This document shows, piece by piece, positions 58,288 through 64,000 of a stretch of 64,000 nt of DNA; the stretch's first letter is position 1, and each line of letters starts with the position of its first letter. The translations under genes were made by a program, and so were the position numbers. The notes under the pieces were generated by a model, which was given only the letters and a program-made list of their open reading frames with translations, was not told where the DNA came from and searched no databases. This DNA is from a virus, in the IMG/VR virus record IMGVR_UViG_3300032242_002717, positions 1 to 64,000 of that record; one strand, 5' to 3'.

Positions 58288-58482
58288 ATGGACGAGACAA
58301 AGTACACGTTTACCCAGGCTGCCAGCGAAATCGGTGTTGACCGAAGGTTTTTTGGGGCATTGGTCAATGCGGCCAAAATTCCCCACGAAGACCTTGGGAC
58401 TCTGAAGTTAATTGGGAAAGCCCAATTGCAGAGAATCCGCACCGTATTGCTTATGTTGTCGGCAGAAGGGAATCACAACTGA
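58288..58482 (+). CDS. Small Cro/Xis-like HTH protein
   Basis: YTFTQAASEIGVDRR; position after the switch. Confidence 0.6.
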   Translation: MDETKYTFTQAASEIGVDRRFFGALVNAAKIPHEDLGTLKLIGKAQLQRIRTVLLMLSAEGNHN

Positions 58483-58525
58483 AACGTAGTACACAGGTTG
58501 CACTTGGCAACTTTGTGCAAATTTA

Positions 58526-59629
58526 TTGCAAACGGCTCTTGGTGTCAAACTGTCCGTTTGTTCATTTCACTCAGATGGAGATGATCTTTTGGCCACTAAA
58601 TTTGACAAGGTTTTTCAGGCATTAAGTGAACCTTTCTCTCCAGACCAGATCAAGTATCGTCCCATATTCAGCAAAGGCCAGCGGGCCATGGACGCTGCGT
58701 ATGTCGATGCTAGGAGCTACGAGAACCGGCTGGACCTTGTGTTGGGTCCAGAGAATTGGTGGACCTCGTTTGAGATCCATGAGCGCGGTGTGATCTGCAA
58801 GTTTACGATGCAGCTTGATCAGTCAACCGTAGTGCAAAAAAGTGGATTCGGAGAATACACGGCTGTCGCATCTTGGAAGGGGGCCAGCACTGATGCGTTC
58901 AAACGCGCGGTAAGTCACGCTACCGGCCTTGGTCGGCATCTATACGATCAGGGGATCGTTGATTATGAGGCGGGCGGCATCTGGTATGAAGACGATCAGA
59001 ACCAGCAGCAAGGTCCACCGCCATCGCGTCATGAGTACGCAGAAAATCAAAAATCGAGTCATTCTCCTGCTCCATCCTCGTCAAGTCCCCAGTCGCGTTC
59101 TGCTCAGTCAGGCAACGATAGGCATCCAGACTACGGAAACCTGCCCTCTGCTGGCGGTCCTCTGTTTGGGTGGTGCAAAGACATGAACGCAAAATTCAAT
59201 TGCGATCTAACAAAATACATTTCTACTCAAGGCCAGGTGGCTGGCTACCCGCGCAAATGGGGCGAGTGGAATTCCGAGCAAGTCGGAAGTATGGTGAAAT
59301 TGGCATGTGCAAAGCTTGATGAGTTGAGGGGTGTCGAGCCAGATTATCAGTCTAAGGTTTCGCCCAACACTCAGTTAAATACTCCATCTACGCAAAAAGC
59401 CGAAGAGTTTGCATTGAAAGCGCAGAAGGATCGTCTGAGGTCAGTCATCAATGAGTGGGCAAGGATGAGAGGGGTCGCTACCAAGGAAGGATGTCTTGCC
59501 CTTATGGACGAGACCGGAAAGGCTTGCGGTCGAATGATTGACAGCCTTGATTCCGAGACAGATTCTGCACTGCTTGCCAAGTACATCGAGTACGCAACAC
59601 TTCAAGCAACTGAGGCACCACCCTTCTGA
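58526..59629 (+). CDS. Rad52/22-family single-strand annealing protein
   Basis: LSEPF, AYVDAR..NRLD.V.GPENW, KGASTDAFKRA...GLGRHLY. Confidence 0.88.
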   Translation: MQTALGVKLSVCSFHSDGDDLLATKFDKVFQALSEPFSPDQIKYRPIFSKGQRAMDAAYVDARSYENRLDLVLGPENWWTSFEIHERGVICKFTMQLDQSTVVQKSGFGEYTAVASWKGASTDAFKRAVSHATGLGRHLYDQGIVDYEAGGIWYEDDQNQQQGPPPSRHEYAENQKSSHSPAPSSSSPQSRSAQSGNDRHPDYGNLPSAGGPLFGWCKDMNAKFNCDLTKYISTQGQVAGYPRKWGEWNSEQVGSMVKLACAKLDELRGVEPDYQSKVSPNTQLNTPSTQKAEEFALKAQKDRLRSVINEWARMRGVATKEGCLALMDETGKACGRMIDSLDSETDSALLAKYIEYATLQATEAPPF

Positions 59630-59641
59630 CGAGGAAGCACG

Positions 59642-60598
59642 ATGCTATCAATTGAAGATTGTGTCAGCAGTGCTGACACAATCAGATCTCTTGGCTACAA
59701 CCCAATCGCCTCTTGTCCGGTACACAATCACCCATGCTACGGCTACAAGCAAGACAAACAAGAGGGGCAACCTAAAAGCAAGTTTGATTCGCTTGCGAAA
59801 AGGGCAATGCCTTGCGGCGAAAAGCAAACCAATATTCAGGTAGCAACAGGGCTAGCATGGAAGCTAGTCGTGCTTGACCTGGATGGACCTTCGTCGCTTG
59901 CTATCTGGAAGTATTGGCTTGCCCTGGATGGTCGAATCGACCTATTGACATGGGTTGTCCAGACTCCAAGGGGAGGCCAGCAGTGGTGGTTTCACTGTGA
60001 GGAGTCAGTCCCTTACTCAATAATCTGGAAAGATGAGGAAGGGGGACATTCCTTGATTGAAGTCTTGGGCGAAGACCGACTGGCAAAAATACCGCCAAGC
60101 GTCAAAGAGGTCAACGGAGAGTTTGTTCCATACAAATGGGTGGTTGGTCCTGAAGACACTCCGAGGCCAGCGCAGATGCCTTCATGGTTAATAAGTAAAG
60201 CTATGTCAAGCTTTGCGGCAAAAAAACCTGAAAAGCCTGCATTGTTAGTTCGGAAAGAAGGGCCAATGAAAACATCGAACTTCAGGTATGAGTGGAGGTC
60301 GGTCCTTGACGCAATACCCAGTTCCGAGCGGCTCTCGTTGGCCATGTCTTGGGGATTAAAAACGGCTACAAGTACTGCAAACAGTAGTGGTTTTGTCAAA
60401 TGCCATTCTTTTTGTAGAGAGGACTCTAATCCGAGTGCATATCTAAACTTGAACACTGGGTACTACTCAGATTTTGGGAGCGAAGGGCATAGACTGACGT
60501 TGTTTGAACTTGGCGCGGCACTTGGAGTGTATGCGTCTTGGATGGATGCGGTGAACGACCTGGGACACGTTTACAATGCCGTTGGAGCAAACGCATGA
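59642..60598 (+). CDS. Bifunctional primase/polymerase (Prim-Pol)
   Basis: NIQVATG, VVLDLD, VQTPRGG, IPPS; C-terminal REDSNPS zinc-binding-like part. Confidence 0.8.
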   Translation: MLSIEDCVSSADTIRSLGYNPIASCPVHNHPCYGYKQDKQEGQPKSKFDSLAKRAMPCGEKQTNIQVATGLAWKLVVLDLDGPSSLAIWKYWLALDGRIDLLTWVVQTPRGGQQWWFHCEESVPYSIIWKDEEGGHSLIEVLGEDRLAKIPPSVKEVNGEFVPYKWVVGPEDTPRPAQMPSWLISKAMSSFAAKKPEKPALLVRKEGPMKTSNFRYEWRSVLDAIPSSERLSLAMSWGLKTATSTANSSGFVKCHSFCREDSNPSAYLNLNTGYYSDFGSEGHRLTLFELGAALGVYASWMDAVNDLGHVYNAVGANA

Positions 60599-61539
60599 GC
60601 ATTGCAGAAATAAGGGAAACGCAAGAGGTTCTAACTCACGGCGAGATGGTCACGCTGGAGAGCCTTGAGCAATTCATTACTCTTAACATGAGTACGGCAC
60701 TTCAGGTTGCCGAAGCTCTAAAGAAGATTCACGACGAAAAACTTTATCGGGGAACGCACTCGTCCTTTAATCAATATGTTAAGGACAGGTTCGGAATCCA
60801 GAAGGCACATGCCTATCGCATGATTTATGCCGGTCGAACAATCGAAGACCTGTCTGGGCATCCCGTTGCTCCAGAAAGCGAATTTCAGATTCGCCCACTC
60901 GCAAACCTAGACCCTGGACTCAAGGTTGAGATCTGGGATCAGGCTGTTGCCGAGGCGGGTGGAGAACAGCCCAAACCGGCAGACATTAAAAAGAAAGTCG
61001 AGGAGATCAAAAACAAGAAGCCTACGGCACTTTCGCCTTCTCATGTAGATGCGGCAATAGCTGGCGACGACGACGAGCGTGCGGCTATTAGTGCCGAAGG
61101 TTCCATGTCCGATCCTGTGGTCACAGATGTTGTCGGCGAAGAAGAAAACGAAGAACTCGATATGCATGCGGTATTAGCTTCAATACCAGTCAGGGAAAAG
61201 CTTTCAAGGCGATGCAGGGAAGGTTTTGATATTGACGTACTTGCATATCTTAAGTTCAACGAGACTTCTTCGTCCTCGATCAGAAAGATCTTTCTTGAAT
61301 CTGACAAGTCGAGACCAACAGGAGTCAAGCAGGGAGTGTTTGTTGGCAGGCTCTACTCTATTCATCGATTCCCTCATCCAAGGCCAGGAATCAATTCGGC
61401 TGGAAGGCAAGAGAGTGGCTGGCTTGCATGTCTTGATTGCCTTGATAGGCTTGAGCAGGTAAGCACTGGCTACATGCGTGGGACCACTAATGACTGCTTG
61501 AGTTGCAGAGGTCGCGGATACACGATCCCCGGAGCTTGA
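60595..61539 (+). CDS. Phage DNA-binding protein
   Basis: ALKKIHDEKLYR..HSSFNQYV..RFG...AYRMI, E.QIRPL. Confidence 0.65.
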   Translation: MSIAEIRETQEVLTHGEMVTLESLEQFITLNMSTALQVAEALKKIHDEKLYRGTHSSFNQYVKDRFGIQKAHAYRMIYAGRTIEDLSGHPVAPESEFQIRPLANLDPGLKVEIWDQAVAEAGGEQPKPADIKKKVEEIKNKKPTALSPSHVDAAIAGDDDERAAISAEGSMSDPVVTDVVGEEENEELDMHAVLASIPVREKLSRRCREGFDIDVLAYLKFNETSSSSIRKIFLESDKSRPTGVKQGVFVGRLYSIHRFPHPRPGINSAGRQESGWLACLDCLDRLEQVSTGYMRGTTNDCLSCRGRGYTIPGA

Positions 61540-61540
61540 A

Positions 61541-63229
61541 ATGAAAACCAACCCAACAAGAGACGACATTCAAGCCGAGATGGTTCAGTCGGTGATACGA
61601 GAGTGGCAATCTGGCAAGAAGACGATCATTCACGCTGCCACCGGAACAGGAAAGACTATTACGGCTGCAAAGCTAGTCAAGGAGACCAACAGTCTCGGCA
61701 AGTGCCTTTTTATTGCGGACATGAGAAGGCTTGTGGAGCAAACTGAGGACAAATTTCACCGATGGGGTGTTGTCACAGCTGTCGAAATGGGAGATAGGAA
61801 CGCAAAGGACTCCATGGCCCTATTGGGTGGAGTCGATGCGGTCATCGCCACAAGACAAACTCTTTCTAGCCCAACTCGGCTTGCGAAATGGAACCCTCAT
61901 GAATTTACTCGTGGGATTATCGATGAATGTCAGATGTCTTCATCTGATAGCATTCGCCTTATCATGTCTTATTTCAAAGGCATCACGAACTGGGTGGGAC
62001 TATCGGCAACTCCATACAGGTCTGATGGCAAAGCCCTTGTTCCCGACATATTTGATTCCATCGCCTACCACTATCCACTCAAAGACTATCCTGACGGCAG
62101 GCCGGGAGCTATCTCGAACGGACATCTCGCGCCCGTGAAAATGGTCGAGTGCAATGTTGGAATCAATTTAAAAGGTCTCAAGAAGACCATGACAAAATAC
62201 GGAAAGGACTACAGCCAACAAGAGCTTGAAGACAGAATCTCAAAACATGTCGATAAAATGGCAAATGCCGCAAGAATGGAGATCAAACGCCTGGGAATCA
62301 GGAAGGCACTCCACTTCACCCCAGACGTTAAGACGGCGTTGGCCTTTGAATCGGCTTACACTGCCATCGGGTTGCGTGCAAAGGCTATCTACGGCGACCA
62401 CAAGGAGCCTGAAGAGATATTCAGGCAGTTCGACGAGGACGAACTCGATGTACTGGTGGGATGTCAGATGTTCAACGTGGGAGTGGATTTCCCTTCGTGT
62501 GACTGCGTAATCATGGGTAGGCCAACCAAAAGTCACGTTCTGGCCTGGCAGCAACTTGGTCGAGTCACAAGGGTGTCGCCCGAGACCGGCAAGCAGGTGG
62601 GATATTGCATTGGTTTTGGTTGGGACTGTGATGACGAGGGTCCGGTATCCACCCTTGATTTGTTTTTTGAAGATGAGCCAGATCCACGACTTGGAGAGAT
62701 TGGACGGCAGATCGCCAGGGGCATGGAAGATTTTGACCCTCTGCAAGTTCTTGAACAGGCAAAAAAGATAAGAGAAAAGGAACTAGAGGACGAGGAGCGA
62801 AAGGCAAAGGCGAGAGAAGCAAAGGAAAAGGCTCAAGAAGAAAACCGCATTAAGCTCAGGATCGCCGCGAGAGAAAGGTCAGTGTCTTACCGCAGAAGGG
62901 AGCTAGACCCTCTTGGTGTCGCACTTTCATCAGCTGTTCAACAACCTGCAAACATGGCACCGAGGGAATCTATCGATGGGTCAGTCAAAAAAGTCTTGGA
63001 GCAGTTTGGCATCCATGACACTCGTTCTCTTTCTCCTAGCCAAGCCATGCACGCGATAGAATTTTGGAGTGATAGAGAATTTCGCAAAATGGCCACCTAC
63101 GGTCAGGTCAAGTTCCTGATGAAACAGGGATATAGCGAAAAAGAAGTATTGAAGATGTCTCGTCAAGAAGCCGACCGCGCGGTCGGCATGCGGTTCGCAA
63201 AGTTCAAACAAGATAGGAGCGTTTCGTGA
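61541..63229 (+). CDS. SF2 helicase
   Basis: ATGTGKT, IIDECQ, LSATPYR, GVDFP, QQLGRVTR. Confidence 0.9.
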   Translation: MKTNPTRDDIQAEMVQSVIREWQSGKKTIIHAATGTGKTITAAKLVKETNSLGKCLFIADMRRLVEQTEDKFHRWGVVTAVEMGDRNAKDSMALLGGVDAVIATRQTLSSPTRLAKWNPHEFTRGIIDECQMSSSDSIRLIMSYFKGITNWVGLSATPYRSDGKALVPDIFDSIAYHYPLKDYPDGRPGAISNGHLAPVKMVECNVGINLKGLKKTMTKYGKDYSQQELEDRISKHVDKMANAARMEIKRLGIRKALHFTPDVKTALAFESAYTAIGLRAKAIYGDHKEPEEIFRQFDEDELDVLVGCQMFNVGVDFPSCDCVIMGRPTKSHVLAWQQLGRVTRVSPETGKQVGYCIGFGWDCDDEGPVSTLDLFFEDEPDPRLGEIGRQIARGMEDFDPLQVLEQAKKIREKELEDEERKAKAREAKEKAQEENRIKLRIAARERSVSYRRRELDPLGVALSSAVQQPANMAPRESIDGSVKKVLEQFGIHDTRSLSPSQAMHAIEFWSDREFRKMATYGQVKFLMKQGYSEKEVLKMSRQEADRAVGMRFAKFKQDRSVS

Positions 63230-64000
63230 GGATTTCTGTTGCCAGGAAACTTTTTGAGGAAGCGTTGTCTTCTTCTGGGATGGTAGTCTCTAAGAGTTCG
63301 CCAAGGGTAAGCATTCAGTGTGTCCTGATTGAATGCGAAGATTCATGCATGACGATTACTGGTACAAATTTGAATTACTGGGTAGAAAAAACCATTCCCG
63401 CTGAATGCGAAAATGGGTCATTTCTTGTTCAGCACGATAGGTTACTGGCCGCTGTCAGATCAATAAAGAGTGGGGACGTTGTCACATTAGAATATGACAA
63501 CGATTTACAGTTGCTCAAAGTCAAATGCGGGAAAGCCAAGTGGGAGTTTGCGTGCGTTGACCCTTCCGAGTTTCCCAGGCCAAAACGAATCAACGATGAA
63601 GGGGTTTTTGTTTTAAGCTCGGAGTATCGAAACGCTATCAAGAAAACAGCGTTTGCAGCAGAAATCGAAACGACACAATACGCACTTCAGGCAGTGGCTC
63701 ATTTTGCGGACCATTTTGGAGTCTCTCTTGTCGCCACAGACGGGAGAAGGCTTAGTAAATGCTTTGCAACTTGCGGGTGGAAAACCGAATCACAGGTTCC
63801 AGTTCTTGTCCCGGCTTCAGTAATGAAGACCATAGAAAAGATCTCAGCTTCGATAGACGGATCAGATTTGATATGCGTCTCTTTTGATGCGTCAACAGTA
63901 TGTTTTTCTTTTGCAAGCACCAAGGTAACAAGCAGAACACAGGAAGGAAAGTTTCCGCAAAACTGGAGCCTGATCCTTCCAGGTTCTGATCCGATTGCAA
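63226..64000 (+). CDS. dnaN: DNA polymerase III beta sliding clamp, 3' truncated
   Basis: Hand translation from GTG 63226: MRISVARK...ITGTNL...DPSEFP...TAFAA..TQYAL...VATDGRRL. Confidence 0.85.
   Translation, partial: MRISVARKLFEEALSSSGMVVSKSSPRVSIQCVLIECEDSCMTITGTNLNYWVEKTIPAECENGSFLVQHDRLLAAVRSIKSGDVVTLEYDNDLQLLKVKCGKAKWEFACVDPSEFPRPKRINDEGVFVLSSEYRNAIKKTAFAAEIETTQYALQAVAHFADHFGVSLVATDGRRLSKCFATCGWKTESQVPVLVPASVMKTIEKISASIDGSDLICVSFDASTVCFSFASTKVTSRTQEGKFPQNWSLILPGSDPIA

Overview
This window is most of a temperate tailed dsDNA bacteriophage genome (siphovirus-like); no host chromosomal genes are recognisable. A Planctomycetota host is tentatively inferred from the integrase N-terminus. Layout: (1) 1-3.6 kb, a repeat-bracketed leftward early cassette with a Zn-finger/amidoligase gene; (2) 3.7-15 kb, accessory genes (SNase, acidic protein, a family of module-shuffled small genes, ThyX, two sigma factors); (3) 15.1-15.7 kb, a promoter-driven, highly structured non-coding region; (4) 16.7-47.7 kb, packaging and virion genes (Bfr-like, DUF4417-like, terminase, portal, scaffold, capsid, tail); (5) 47.7-55 kb, HAD, glycosyltransferase, third sigma factor, RuvC, SLOG, Gp157; (6) 55.4-64 kb, integrase, two Xre repressors, Rad52-like SSAP, Prim-Pol, SF2 helicase and a DnaN clamp cut by the window end. 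Best findings: (a) the terminase has two tandem inteins separated by only the 4-residue Walker B piece CDEL, and each intein carries its HNH/Zn-finger endonuclease in an overlapping -1 frame with its own SD-like start while the intein frame stays open; (b) a ~550-nt structured ncRNA candidate; (c) a dispersed palindrome GTCTCC-N4-GGAGAC found in gene leaders and inside that RNA; (d) a bacterioferritin homologue with a degenerate ferroxidase centre. All family assignments are from motif recognition by eye; no searches were run.
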